Sequence record: DRR723986_8792
Reading direction: 5' to 3' (one strand)
Length of the DNA stretch: 37,312 nt
Below, one piece after another: positions 15,650 through 26,400 of the stretch. Position 1 is the stretch's first letter; each line of letters begins with the position of its first letter. Made by a program: the position numbers and the translations under genes. Under the pieces are notes generated by a model, which made no database searches, was not told the DNA's origin, and worked only from the letters and a program-made list of their open reading frames with translations.

Positions 15650-18600
15650 TCAGGCTGGCCGCGGGCTACGGCTTGCGCGACGCCACGTGGACACCAACTC
15701 AGAGATAAGCACGACTATCGTCAGTCCCGCGAAGACCAGGCTTGGAACTACGGTCGGGAGAACGACGTACATTAGCAGAGTTACGTAACTCCAGTACAAG
15801 AATGTGTGATCGTGAAGACGCCCTAAGATCGTGCTTCCGAATCGTTGGGTCACAACCACGCCCAGGGCACCTAGTAGGAGTAGTAAGCCCGACGCGACGA
15901 ATTGCATTCGCGCACTTGCGGATGGCTCTAAAGCGTTTGAGACGGTGAATGTGATTGGCTTGGAAGCACTGTAGCCAGAGACGACGAAATGCTTGCTCGC
16001 GTCAGTGTCGTACGTTTGGGGAAGACTACCAACATCAGGGGGCAACACGCCGAGTTGTTGGCAGAGTTGAGCCCAGGCGTCATCGGTTGAAACACTCATG
16101 TTATCCGACGATAGCGGGCGAGCGGCACTTGGCAGCGGCACAAGTGCCTTGTCTGCTCCGAAAGAAACGGGCGCAAATAGTTTGAGCCAAGCATTCGTTT
16201 CGTCGTTGGAAAGTCCGACCAGTTTGCCGGTGGCCGCGTCAATGGCTCGCAACCATGCAACGGACATCTGATTCTTCCAACCGCCCAGCGAAATCGCTGA
16301 CAGCCCGTTCACTGAACCCGATTCGGCAATACTGACCCCCAGGCTTGTTGGTCGCACCGAAACGACGCGTTGCGTCGATACGTCGGACGCACCGAAAGTT
16401 GGGATTGCTATGGAATCAGTATTCGAGGCTCCATCGATTTTCCATCGAACGAACAAGTCGACGAGGGCGGGCAAGTAGTTCGGCCGAATCGGCAATTCGT
16501 ACTCTCTATCGGTCGTGCTACTGCCGCTTAAGCGGATCGGCGTTCCATTGACGCGTGCGCCATAGAGCTCACAATCGGGAGACAACCGCGCCGAGAGTGT
16601 AAATTGGCCGTTCGGGATGACCAAGACTCGCATGCGGCCCAGGATTTCGTTTGCCGTGTGGACATCCAGGCGGATATCCTCCAGCAGAACTTTTGCGGTT
16701 TCCTGAGGCGACGCGGTGCCACGCCAACCGACCCTTGATGAATCTCGAAGGCGTTCAAACACGAGTTGCCCAACTTCCGAAGCGGTCTCCACACGCTTGC
16801 CAACTCCGGTCCACTCAATTGCTTTTCCGGCGATTTCGCTCGGAACGCTCAGTCTGTCGAGAGCCCGGTTCATGTTGAGGAACTTGATTTCCGGCAATTG
16901 AAATGCTGTAGCATTGCGACTGGTCGTGATCGGGAAGTTCAACTGGATTGTCGGAATCTCTGGGACGCGGGTGCCATCGGCAACGCTATTCTCTCCTGAA
17001 TCAATGGCGACGCAAACGAGTGTTCGAGACGGATCGCCTGCTGGAAGCTGGCGGTGCGCCGCCCCGGCCCAGTCAATTTGGTCGACAATATTGCTTGGCA
17101 CTTCAATCAGAACCAGCGGCAAAGGTTGCGAAAGCGACGGCCACTTGGCAGTAAGACTCGCTCGCCACACGTCGTCGACTTGCGTGAGCGTCATCAACGT
17201 TTCTAGCGTTCGGACTTCGGCAATTCTACGCGTCCGAATTGTGGTGGGCAGCGTGACCGAGTCACGATCTTGGCTAGATAAGTCCGCCGAGGCAACTCCG
17301 ACTTTCAACTGTTCGACGGTCTCGTCTTGCGATAAGACCAAAGGTTGGAAGCCAACGTCATCGTTGACGATTTCACATTGAATCGACGGATTGGACAACA
17401 CTGTGTACGTGGAGTCCAAGACTTGTGTGTTATCCACGTACGGGCGAGGCATTGCGGTCGCAACACCTAAACGTGTAGCGGCAGAGAACTCAATCTCTAA
17501 CTGGAAACTGTCCGCCAGATCAGGACGCACGATTGCCGAGGCGTTGGGCTGCTCGATTGTGAGGATTTGTCGGCCCTGTTGAATAACAGGCATGCAATCA
17601 ACAGGTTGGTCGTTCACTCTAATGGATTCGACGGTCAAATCTGTGCCGCACAGTACTCGGCAAACGGTTGATGTGGCGAAGGGGGGGAAGGTCACATCGG
17701 CGACGAAGCGAACTTGCATGCCTTTTTCACTGAACTGCACCTTAGTTTCTTCAACGACGAAGGGAACGACCGCGGAGCGATTGTCTTGAATACGACGGAG
17801 CTGTGGTGATGCCGCTGTTGTGCTTTCAAGTGTTTGCAGAGGGATAGCATCAAAAATCGCCATCGCCCAACTGAACTCCGAACCAGTTGCAATGCCGCCA
17901 AACTCTGGGGTGGTCGCGGGGGCGCCGTCGGCCACATCCGACGCATTGCCTATCTCAGAGGGAAAGGCCGGTGGCGGCAATTCGTCAGGTGCAACGATGC
18001 CAGGTGCAAAATCAGCTCGCTGCTCTGACCAGCCAGCAATACCGTCGAGTCGCCAGGAGGGGTTCTGTTCGGCCGACCACATAAGTCTACGCTGCACCAC
18101 GGAATCCCCCGAGGGCAACAAGAACGGCACACGCAGGCTGTTGGTCGCGGCGGGATTGCGAGGTGCAAGTAGGGTCCGAATTACTGGTTGAGCGCCATTG
18201 GGAGTATCGTTGATTCGCAGTGTGTAAATCGACTGAATCCCAAGTCCCACCGATGTAGTGCGCAGTAAAGTTGCATCTCCCCAATCGTTGCCAAGTGGGA
18301 TCCAGTTCGGATCAATGGGGAGTCGTATCTCTTTCCCAATGTCGCGTGGCAGGACGACGCTTACTGCGCACAGTGCGTTTTGTCCTCGGACGTGGACCCA
18401 AGATTGAGCGACTGTCGGCTGCTCAAAATCGGTGCCCGTCCTTGATCTTGCCGCCCAAGTTACATCAATCTGGCTAAGTGCACCGATACGTGCAAACATG
18501 CTCGACATCGAACGTTGAGGCGCACCGTTGGATCGCACACGGAAATCTGTCTGGTTTTCTGAAACGATACGAAGCGTCGCACAGGCAATTGGCGGAACTG

Positions 18601-21600
18601 CGGCGGTAAACGCATAAGTGTTTTCTCGGGCACTGACGGTGACCGGAGCAAACTCAAGCTGAACGGTGTGTCGGCCAGAGGACATCGGACGAATTGTAAC
18701 CGTCCCAGTAGTGACTGCTTGTTCAATGTTGTTTGCCAGCGTGTCCTCGGAACCATCAATGGACGCTCTTTCCAGAATCAGCTCCGATGCGTCAAAAGCC
18801 AGGGGCAGGGCTGCTGACGGCGATGGCGACTGGATCACCAGGTCTGCGGTTAAGCTGATTTCCTGATTCTGTTGTCCTAACTGAGGGGCTTTGACACGGA
18901 GTTCGTAGTCCGCGGCAGTGATTCGAATCTCTGTGTCGCTTTGCCCGTTGGTGCTGTCGCCGTTAAGCTTGCGTAGCAACTCGGTTGGTACGTAAGCGTA
19001 TGCACCGGAGACGTTTAGCTCGTCGTCGACGGGAATGAGTACTCCGTAGACCTTGGGGGACGTCTTGTCCGAGCGATTCTTGGCTGTATCGGCTGAGTCG
19101 TCACTGCTGCTCGTGCGTTGGCCAGCGTTGATTGGCACTTGAGGAGCGGCCAAGGCCATGTCGGCACTCGCTCCAAGAATTACTGCGATCAGCAATCCTG
19201 CTGCGGGGCCACCGCGGACGACCGGATGAGCGCGACCCTTACCCGCGGTGCGACTGGATTCCTTGCGTCGACTTAATCGATAGGCAAGAATGGGAATCAC
19301 CATGAAGAAAACATAGGCAACCAAGACGGACAGCAACAAGAGTTGCATCAAGCCAAGCAGCCAGATTGGGCAAACGACAGTGGCGGCCGCGACAATGCTG
19401 CAGGCGATGCACCAGCCGACGTGCGATCGTGGACCAATCAGCCGCAGCAGTCCAACCAGCAGAATCAAGCCAGCCAGAAAGACGCAGGCGACTAGGGCGG
19501 AGTCGACCGTGACGACACGTAGCTTGACGGGGGAGCCATCTGGGGCACGGCCCGATAGGCCATCGGAAAATTGGCGCCAACCATCTTCAGTCGCGTTACC
19601 GTCCAGCCAACTCGGATGCACCAATTGCCAAAGTGAAATCGGGCTTAGGCGGTCCCACAGGGTGCCAATGATTCTGGGCCGGATGATCTCCGATAGGCAC
19701 ATCCGGCCAGGCGGTAGTTCAACGATCCGGTCTTGGGCAGCGATATCTACAGAGAGCTTCGGTTCAGGCAACGAAAAGACGTGCAGGCCGAATCGACTCG
19801 TTGCATCGTATTCGTACTCCAGGCGGATCAATTGGTCCGGGCCAGCCGAAAGCGGGATCTTTACGCTATCACTCTCGCCACCGTTTGCCGCAACTTCTGT
19901 AAGCACTGTGTCGCCAACCAGAATGCGTCGCACGCGACATTGCTGCGGTAGGCTGATTTCCAAGCTAGTGTCGGCAACCACTTCGACAGTCCACTCAATG
20001 GTGCCCTTGCCAGACTCCTGTGCGTACAATCGATGGGTTGCCTGCATTTGGTGAGCGTATGCAGACCGCAATTCGAAATCTCGCTTCGTCACTGAAAAGC
20101 TACTGGGCGAGGACGCGTTGATTCGTACAAGCTGTTGCGGCAGTGTTTCGGCGTCTAGTTCAAAGATCTTCGCAAGTTCGGCCACGGTTGCACTGGCTGC
20201 TGGCGACGGAAAGTCTACATCGCTGTCGTGCTCGACAATGCGTGCATTCTGCGGGAGAAGTAGTCTAGCGTTGTGGTTTGTTGCCCGCTGAATATCCGGA
20301 ACGAAGAACTTGCATTCCTCGGCGTCGCTCTCACAACGATAACGGGCTTCAACGAGCAACTCGTCGACGAAGGTTGGCAAACTGAGCGTGACTAGCGTAG
20401 ACGCATCATCGCGCTTTGTCGCCTTGTTCTGTGAAATCTCACCCTCGTTCCCGCCAATCCCTGTTGAAATCATGCTCCACTGGATACTGCTCGCGTCGAT
20501 TCCAGCGGGAAGGACGACATCGATCTCAGCGAGTCTTCCCGATAGTGCTTCGATCCGAAAGCGTCCCAAGCACAGACGTTGTCCCAAGTCGACCGTTGTG
20601 AGGCTATCGACGACAAACGCAGCGTCAGTTCGTTCAAACGTGACGCTTGGGATCTTGCCCCTCGTGCGACGTTTGCCAGACGCGATGCTCTGGTTTCCGG
20701 CGAGCAGCCAAGTCGTGCCAACTTGTGGCAAGTAATTGTTCATCCAAACAGGCAAGGTATCGACTGTCGCTTGCTGGTGCAGAAGTGATTCGTCGGGTTC
20801 GAATAAAAAACTGCTGCTGCCGTTGAGCAAATAGTAGTCGTCTTGCTGGGCCGTTGGAGCCGTCAGAAGGCGATCTGCTCGAACGGTGACCTTGGATCGT
20901 GATGACGCGAGTGGACGATGGGCGAGCAATTCAATTTCGACACCGATGGCCGATGGAATGCCTTCCCACCAGATCCTCAAGCCCGCCCCCTCTTGGTCCG
21001 AGAGCTGACGAAAGTTGGGAACGATCGTTTCAGAAACGGTTGATTCATCGCTCTGTTCAGGCGTCGAGGCGACTCCGCGGACTGCAACGGCATCGACAAA
21101 CCAGCCTTTGCCAAGTTTCAGTTCAACTTCATTGCGGTCGATGCGTGTGCCTGTCAGTCGACCATTAAGACTTGCACTCAACCAACCCTCTTGGATATCA
21201 AGCTGCGTGAGGGTATCGAGTCGCAGAGAAGGTTTTGTCTCGGCAAGTTGAACGTGGAGAGATGGCTGGGATGGCGACCACTGAAGCTGAATCTGCCTGG
21301 AAGAACGTGCGGAAAAGGATAAAGACTCGCTGACGGAGGGGCCGCCGTTCTGCTCCGCGGTTTCCCCTGTTCCATCACTGAGCTCTCGAGATCGGTAACA
21401 GTCGAGCAGAATCAAACCCGGTGCGGCAGCAATGTTGGTTTGTCCCTGCAGTGCATAGGTTCCCGGCATCCCAATAGTTGGAAGTTCCAGCCCGCCGTCG
21501 CGTGAGTCATCGCCTGCGCGTGACTTCGTCTCAGTCGCAGCACCTCGGTCGTCAAAAACGGCGTCAACGATCAGCTCCGCTCGGACTGGAAGCGGATCAA

Positions 21601-22687
21601 TGGATACACGCAGACGGGTATGTCGAGCAAGCTCCGGTTCGACAACCTGAAATGGGATCGCAGACCCCTGGAAACGGATGCTGTTGACGCGGACCCGCGT
21701 AGGAATATCCAGGAAGACTGGACTTCCATCCTTTGTCGGATTGAGCTGAGCGACGATCTGCACCGAACCACCCGACTGAGTCAGTGTGTAATTGGACGTA
21801 ACCTGATTTGCGACAATCGGATAAGCCTCACGGCTTCTTGGTTGGTTTGTCACGGCTAAATCAAAATCGCCGATACCGGAATGATTCACAAGCCACCATC
21901 GCGACCCCGGTTCGGCAGCGGACGATGGCCCGGACCATCCTGACAAAGCAATTTGTTCCAGAACCCCGTTTGCCGCATCAGGCGTGAGGGGTTCGACCAA
22001 TGCACGAGAAGACGTTAAGCTGTGTTCATTAGGCAGGTTTACAATCAGTTGTGCTAGTGGTGCGGCAGGCAATTGTAGCCGCCACTGCAGTTGTTGATCG
22101 GAGCGGTTGCCAAGGGCTGTAAAACCGAAAGCAAAGACCCTATCTTCGTCGCTTGATGCAACGTATAGATTCCCCTCGGGATCGTAGTTGTCTTCGTCGG
22201 TTAGTTGCAACGCACCTTCGGGGAGGTTTCGCAATCGCGATACACTCATGCTGAGCTTGCCCAGGCTTATCGACGAGGCGGCTGGCTCCTTCTCCCCGGT
22301 AAGTTTCCAGGTCATGTAGTCGGAGACAAGGCGGTCGCCGACGATGCGGGCAATGCCGATAGAGGATTGCAGGCTGGCAGATGGAAATTCAATCGCCGCT
22401 CGTCGCCGCTTTTCTTCCTGCAGCTTCTGGGCCAGTTCTTCGATTGGTTCAAAGAAGTAGTCGTCGGTGACGAGCCGGTCTATGTAGCTTTGGTCATCCT
22501 GAATGTAGACTCGCAACACTTCCCAGTCGTCCGACGCCGCAGCGCTACGACAAAGGAGGCTGGTCACAAGCAGGAGTAGGATGCCCCACCCCATCTGTGC
22601 TGATGCTGTGGCGCAAGCTGGTGCCAGTCGCGCGATGCGGCGGCCTGGACTGCTCAACCAATTGCCGCTTGGATTGATAGTGTGCAT
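15650..22687 (-). CDS. Giant (2345 aa) membrane protein of unknown function with two large beta-rich extracytoplasmic regions
   Basis: 7-kb open frame. GAAGGAG SD overlaps the end of the upstream gene. Signal peptide (WGILLLLVTSLLCRSAAA), central hydrophobic cluster, internal signal-like segment, and about 3 C-terminal TM helices. Confidence 0.9.
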   Translation of the reverse strand: MHTINPSGNWLSSPGRRIARLAPACATASAQMGWGILLLLVTSLLCRSAAASDDWEVLRVYIQDDQSYIDRLVTDDYFFEPIEELAQKLQEEKRRRAAIEFPSASLQSSIGIARIVGDRLVSDYMTWKLTGEKEPAASSISLGKLSMSVSRLRNLPEGALQLTDEDNYDPEGNLYVASSDEDRVFAFGFTALGNRSDQQLQWRLQLPAAPLAQLIVNLPNEHSLTSSRALVEPLTPDAANGVLEQIALSGWSGPSSAAEPGSRWWLVNHSGIGDFDLAVTNQPRSREAYPIVANQVTSNYTLTQSGGSVQIVAQLNPTKDGSPVFLDIPTRVRVNSIRFQGSAIPFQVVEPELARHTRLRVSIDPLPVRAELIVDAVFDDRGAATETKSRAGDDSRDGGLELPTIGMPGTYALQGQTNIAAAPGLILLDCYRSRELSDGTGETAEQNGGPSVSESLSFSARSSRQIQLQWSPSQPSLHVQLAETKPSLRLDTLTQLDIQEGWLSASLNGRLTGTRIDRNEVELKLGKGWFVDAVAVRGVASTPEQSDESTVSETIVPNFRQLSDQEGAGLRIWWEGIPSAIGVEIELLAHRPLASSRSKVTVRADRLLTAPTAQQDDYYLLNGSSSFLFEPDESLLHQQATVDTLPVWMNNYLPQVGTTWLLAGNQSIASGKRRTRGKIPSVTFERTDAAFVVDSLTTVDLGQRLCLGRFRIEALSGRLAEIDVVLPAGIDASSIQWSMISTGIGGNEGEISQNKATKRDDASTLVTLSLPTFVDELLVEARYRCESDAEECKFFVPDIQRATNHNARLLLPQNARIVEHDSDVDFPSPAASATVAELAKIFELDAETLPQQLVRINASSPSSFSVTKRDFELRSAYAHQMQATHRLYAQESGKGTIEWTVEVVADTSLEISLPQQCRVRRILVGDTVLTEVAANGGESDSVKIPLSAGPDQLIRLEYEYDATSRFGLHVFSLPEPKLSVDIAAQDRIVELPPGRMCLSEIIRPRIIGTLWDRLSPISLWQLVHPSWLDGNATEDGWRQFSDGLSGRAPDGSPVKLRVVTVDSALVACVFLAGLILLVGLLRLIGPRSHVGWCIACSIVAAATVVCPIWLLGLMQLLLLSVLVAYVFFMVIPILAYRLSRRKESSRTAGKGRAHPVVRGGPAAGLLIAVILGASADMALAAPQVPINAGQRTSSSDDSADTAKNRSDKTSPKVYGVLIPVDDELNVSGAYAYVPTELLRKLNGDSTNGQSDTEIRITAADYELRVKAPQLGQQNQEISLTADLVIQSPSPSAALPLAFDASELILERASIDGSEDTLANNIEQAVTTGTVTIRPMSSGRHTVQLEFAPVTVSARENTYAFTAAVPPIACATLRIVSENQTDFRVRSNGAPQRSMSSMFARIGALSQIDVTWAARSRTGTDFEQPTVAQSWVHVRGQNALCAVSVVLPRDIGKEIRLPIDPNWIPLGNDWGDATLLRTTSVGLGIQSIYTLRINDTPNGAQPVIRTLLAPRNPAATNSLRVPFLLPSGDSVVQRRLMWSAEQNPSWRLDGIAGWSEQRADFAPGIVAPDELPPPAFPSEIGNASDVADGAPATTPEFGGIATGSEFSWAMAIFDAIPLQTLESTTAASPQLRRIQDNRSAVVPFVVEETKVQFSEKGMQVRFVADVTFPPFATSTVCRVLCGTDLTVESIRVNDQPVDCMPVIQQGRQILTIEQPNASAIVRPDLADSFQLEIEFSAATRLGVATAMPRPYVDNTQVLDSTYTVLSNPSIQCEIVNDDVGFQPLVLSQDETVEQLKVGVASADLSSQDRDSVTLPTTIRTRRIAEVRTLETLMTLTQVDDVWRASLTAKWPSLSQPLPLVLIEVPSNIVDQIDWAGAAHRQLPAGDPSRTLVCVAIDSGENSVADGTRVPEIPTIQLNFPITTSRNATAFQLPEIKFLNMNRALDRLSVPSEIAGKAIEWTGVGKRVETASEVGQLVFERLRDSSRVGWRGTASPQETAKVLLEDIRLDVHTANEILGRMRVLVIPNGQFTLSARLSPDCELYGARVNGTPIRLSGSSTTDREYELPIRPNYLPALVDLFVRWKIDGASNTDSIAIPTFGASDVSTQRVVSVRPTSLGVSIAESGSVNGLSAISLGGWKNQMSVAWLRAIDAATGKLVGLSNDETNAWLKLFAPVSFGADKALVPLPSAARPLSSDNMSVSTDDAWAQLCQQLGVLPPDVGSLPQTYDTDASKHFVVSGYSASKPITFTVSNALEPSASARMQFVASGLLLLLGALGVVVTQRFGSTILGRLHDHTFLYWSYVTLLMYVVLPTVVPSLVFAGLTIVVLISELVSTWRRASRSPRPA

Positions 22688-22689
22688 CG

Positions 22690-25600
22690 CTAATCTCCTT
22701 CATCAGCGGATGCACCGGAGGCGCCAATGGTTGTCGTGTTACCATTGTTCTCCAAGTTGCTCTCGTCAGGGCGTTTCAGGCTCGGCGTGCGGCCGGAATT
22801 GGCAGCAAGAGTGTTGGAGATATTTGACCCAAACCCTGGCATCGATTCCAAAGTCGACAGACTATGCCCCGAGAAGACACTGCGTCGACGCACACGTGAT
22901 TCTACCGCGACCTGTGTCGCCCAAAGCAAGAAAACTAAAACGAGTGCCACGAGTGATGTCTGCGTTACCAGCATCGCGAAACCAGGTGTTAACAACGCAA
23001 AACCTGCCAGCACAACTGCGTAAACCAGCATGGCCAGCGGGTGGCGGAAGACTCGATAGTTTAGGATGGCAAAGGAGGTCAGGATCGCCAAGAGCCCGAC
23101 TGGGAACCAGAGCGCGAACCGCGACAGGAGCCAAACTTGAGCCGGGCGAATCTCACTGCCGCTCATCGAGTAGCGGTTCATCGACTGGGCAAGACTTGCT
23201 TGCTTGCTGGTTCCAAGTAACTGCTCAAAATCAACGTCAGCGCTTTCACGCCTCCAACTGAAGCCATCCCAAACCCATCGCCATTCGGGAGTCAATGTCG
23301 TCGGAGGGCTTGCTAGGTGTTGTGCACCGGGCGTGACGAGCTGCCAGTAAAAACGTCCCACCCGCCCAATCGATTCAACGGTAGGGCATTTCATATCCAA
23401 GCTGCGAAGCCAGGCCACATTCTCCTGCTGAAAATACGACACTTCGACGACGTGCTTGGGTTCTTTCTGCGGGCCAGTCGCAGCGGATTCGGCGATGCGT
23501 GTATCGGGCAAGTTTACGAGCAGCAAATTTTCCGCGTTATCGTAGGCGAAATCTTCGGACGTTTGCCCATCGATGACAACCTGAAGATCATCAACAAACC
23601 TTGGCAGGCTGATCGCCAACGAAGTTTCATTGCCGATGTACTGAAAACAAAATCGGTCGCGGCGATGCAGGTTGGTGATCGCGGTTTGCAACCATGCAAT
23701 ATCAATACGCCCTTGAACAGACTGTTCAATTGACTGCGGCTGTGTCGCAAGCTGGAGTTCAAATGTCGATTCCAGAATCGCGTAGCTTGTCTCTGGCTGA
23801 TGTGGTGTTGCAGCGGTGTTGGTGTTTGATTCACGCCAGGTTGCTCGCGAGTCGACGGTGTCCTGCAATGTCGCTTGTCGACGCAGTGTGCGAGTGGGCG
23901 CTGGCAAATGTAGAGCCACCAGCGGCACGCCAACTTCCTGACCAAAATCAGTTTCCTGCGTCCAGCGAATTCCGGTAGAAATTTCGACGTTCGATTGACC
24001 AATCATCCGTGGCGGTGCGACTAGGCGGTATACAGTCCACATACCAGGCGGCAAATCATCAAACTTACCGTTGCTGTCCGCACGCGGTGTAGACGCTTCG
24101 TCGCTGGTGGATGTAGTTGTGTCGGCCCCTGGTTCATCAGTTTCTGGACCTGTGGCCTGCTCAAACGCGTCAGCTATTTCAGATGCATCGACACGGCTGA
24201 CCGGTTCAGCCGCAATTAAGTTCCCATCGATGTAGACTTGGGGCGGCTGAAAACTATCTGGTGTTTCATGGACGGCGAATAGGAGCTCTTGGAGAGGATC
24301 ATTGGCAATGTTCAGTTCAAATTGCTGACGGATCTCGACCTGTGAAGGCAGTAGGACTACATCGATTTCCTCCGTCGCAACAACCTGCCGCTCCAGTCTC
24401 ACGCTGTCTGCCTGCAGCGATGGCGGTTCACCCTGCGATTGAAACCTGAATACACTCGGCGCACGCCATTGATCTGAGCTGGAGTTCAGGTAGGGCAGGT
24501 ACAGCGGTGAATAGGTATCAGCAAGCAGGCCTTCTCCTGTGACGCCGTTCAGAAGGATGTTCTCAGCACTGCTGACAATGAGAACGCCAGCACCGGCACC
24601 ACGGATGTCTCTTCCATCTAGCTTACCGAGGACTATTTCTGGCAGACGCAAGTTGATTTTTTCGCCAGGCGTCCAAGCGCGATAGGCGACGATCTTCCAG
24701 AGTTTTCGTTCACGTTGACCAGAATTAAAACTGCCCGCTTCGGGATCGGGGCCCAGAAGTGTGTACTCGTCCGCCGCCCCGGCTGTAGGTCGCACCAAAA
24801 TAACTTGTTGGCTCTGATTTACTTCCCCGAAAGCCATGATCTCAAACGCCGCGTTGTCTTCAAGCGACCAATCGGCAAGAGAAAAACCGAGTTCGTGTGA
24901 AAGTTGATTGGGATCGAATGAACAATCAAGCCAAGTTGTCAAAGTCAACTTCGACGCATCGGCGTGCAAATTGTAAGTTGGGCGCACGACCGGAAGCGAC
25001 TGTTCCCGTCGAAAGACAAGTCGCAGCGCGAAATCATCGCTATCAAAGCCAAAGGAAAGACGGCGACCGGTTTCTTCTGTTCGCGACTGCTGCAAAAGTG
25101 TCGTTCCGTCTGCTCGCAGGATCGAAGTGGTGTACTGACTTGGGTAAAGCAACTCGAATCGCCCACGGTGCGAATCGGCTCCGTTGACTTGCAGACGAGG
25201 CATGTCGAGCCGAGACGAAAGCTCGCTGCTCTCTGCCAGCTCTGCTGATAGTTCCCATTCAAATTGGACGTCTACGCTCTGGGTTTGCTCGGGCGCAAAG
25301 TTTTCCACGACCAGCCGTTCCGGAGTCTCACCCACAGCAGGCAACCTGGACACTTGGACCTGTTCATCAAAGTTGTAACTTGGCGGGCTACGGAACCTCG
25401 CTCCAGGAGGCAGCAAGATGTTCACCTTGGGAGTCGAGTTTGGGCCGGACCACTGCAGGTTCATGCTCGTCTCAACGGTCCAGATGCCTGCCGGTTCGCG
25501 GACCGAAAATGTGCTGATCGAATTGGCTTCAACCGCGGTCACTGCGGCCCGCTGCGTTCCAGCTCGCCACGTAATTTCGACGGTTCCACCACTGCTGGTC

Positions 25601-26400
25601 AAACTGACCGTGGTTTCGTCGTCGTTCCGCTGAGTCTCCATGACATCGTCGTTGCTTACTCGAATGTCGCTTGCTCCGTTGGGCAACTGGACTTGAAGCC
25701 TGCAGACAGCCATTGGCAAGGAGAGTCGTAGGGCAAAACGTTCGCCATCGGATTTGACGGCAGTCCTGCCCTCGAGTGAGAGTTTGGCGACAGAATCTGG
25801 TTGAACGGCCAGCAGCCATTCGAATCCAGCCGTCGACGGTCGCAGGATGCTTCTCCCGGTGAGATCCTGCTTAGGCTCCTTCGTAAGTCGCAGGGACTCG
25901 AGCCGCAATGGCACAGTTGCGAGTGCCTCACGCGGTCCGGTTTCAACGGCGATGTCCAGCGTAGCGGCGGCAGATCCTGAGCCATTGTTCGCGGTAGGCT
26001 GCGACGCGTCGATCTTGAGGTCGAACTGCGAGTAACTCCAGTTTGGCAGCACACCGACTTCGTCACCGCCAAATTCGTTTCTAAGGCTGAGGATCTCTTC
26101 GAGTGAACCACTTGGAATGAGGATCGGTTTCTCGCCGTCATAGAACCACAGCCGCGCCTGTGTGTTGAGCACTCCGTCCTGAAGGATGTCAGGCCACTGA
26201 GTTGCCGACTCGTCCTGTGCTTGGGCCTGCTTCACGAAGGCAGGGAGCGCCACGTGAGCAACGACAGTAACGAGCATTGCGAGAAAAATAGTCGAATACA
26301 GGGACCGTCTCGCTCGACAACGTCCACGCAGCGATGAGATGCCTGAGAAGCACCTGCTTGAGTCTTGAGCTTGCTGCTGCGGGAATAGCATGTTGAGCAT
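22690..26400 (-). CDS. Large (about 1240 aa) membrane protein of unknown function, probably translationally coupled to the 2345-aa gene
   Basis: Frame open from 26532; the ATG at 26400 (or 26391) gives a basic n-region and signal peptide ending AQA|QD. Beta-rich body, about 3 C-terminal TMs, ESRVRRRS and a Ser/Thr-rich tail. The stop is 2 nt from the next ATG. Confidence 0.85.
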   Translation of the reverse strand: MLNMLFPQQQAQDSSRCFSGISSLRGRCRARRSLYSTIFLAMLVTVVAHVALPAFVKQAQAQDESATQWPDILQDGVLNTQARLWFYDGEKPILIPSGSLEEILSLRNEFGGDEVGVLPNWSYSQFDLKIDASQPTANNGSGSAAATLDIAVETGPREALATVPLRLESLRLTKEPKQDLTGRSILRPSTAGFEWLLAVQPDSVAKLSLEGRTAVKSDGERFALRLSLPMAVCRLQVQLPNGASDIRVSNDDVMETQRNDDETTVSLTSSGGTVEITWRAGTQRAAVTAVEANSISTFSVREPAGIWTVETSMNLQWSGPNSTPKVNILLPPGARFRSPPSYNFDEQVQVSRLPAVGETPERLVVENFAPEQTQSVDVQFEWELSAELAESSELSSRLDMPRLQVNGADSHRGRFELLYPSQYTTSILRADGTTLLQQSRTEETGRRLSFGFDSDDFALRLVFRREQSLPVVRPTYNLHADASKLTLTTWLDCSFDPNQLSHELGFSLADWSLEDNAAFEIMAFGEVNQSQQVILVRPTAGAADEYTLLGPDPEAGSFNSGQRERKLWKIVAYRAWTPGEKINLRLPEIVLGKLDGRDIRGAGAGVLIVSSAENILLNGVTGEGLLADTYSPLYLPYLNSSSDQWRAPSVFRFQSQGEPPSLQADSVRLERQVVATEEIDVVLLPSQVEIRQQFELNIANDPLQELLFAVHETPDSFQPPQVYIDGNLIAAEPVSRVDASEIADAFEQATGPETDEPGADTTTSTSDEASTPRADSNGKFDDLPPGMWTVYRLVAPPRMIGQSNVEISTGIRWTQETDFGQEVGVPLVALHLPAPTRTLRRQATLQDTVDSRATWRESNTNTAATPHQPETSYAILESTFELQLATQPQSIEQSVQGRIDIAWLQTAITNLHRRDRFCFQYIGNETSLAISLPRFVDDLQVVIDGQTSEDFAYDNAENLLLVNLPDTRIAESAATGPQKEPKHVVEVSYFQQENVAWLRSLDMKCPTVESIGRVGRFYWQLVTPGAQHLASPPTTLTPEWRWVWDGFSWRRESADVDFEQLLGTSKQASLAQSMNRYSMSGSEIRPAQVWLLSRFALWFPVGLLAILTSFAILNYRVFRHPLAMLVYAVVLAGFALLTPGFAMLVTQTSLVALVLVFLLWATQVAVESRVRRRSVFSGHSLSTLESMPGFGSNISNTLAANSGRTPSLKRPDESNLENNGNTTTIGASGASADEGD

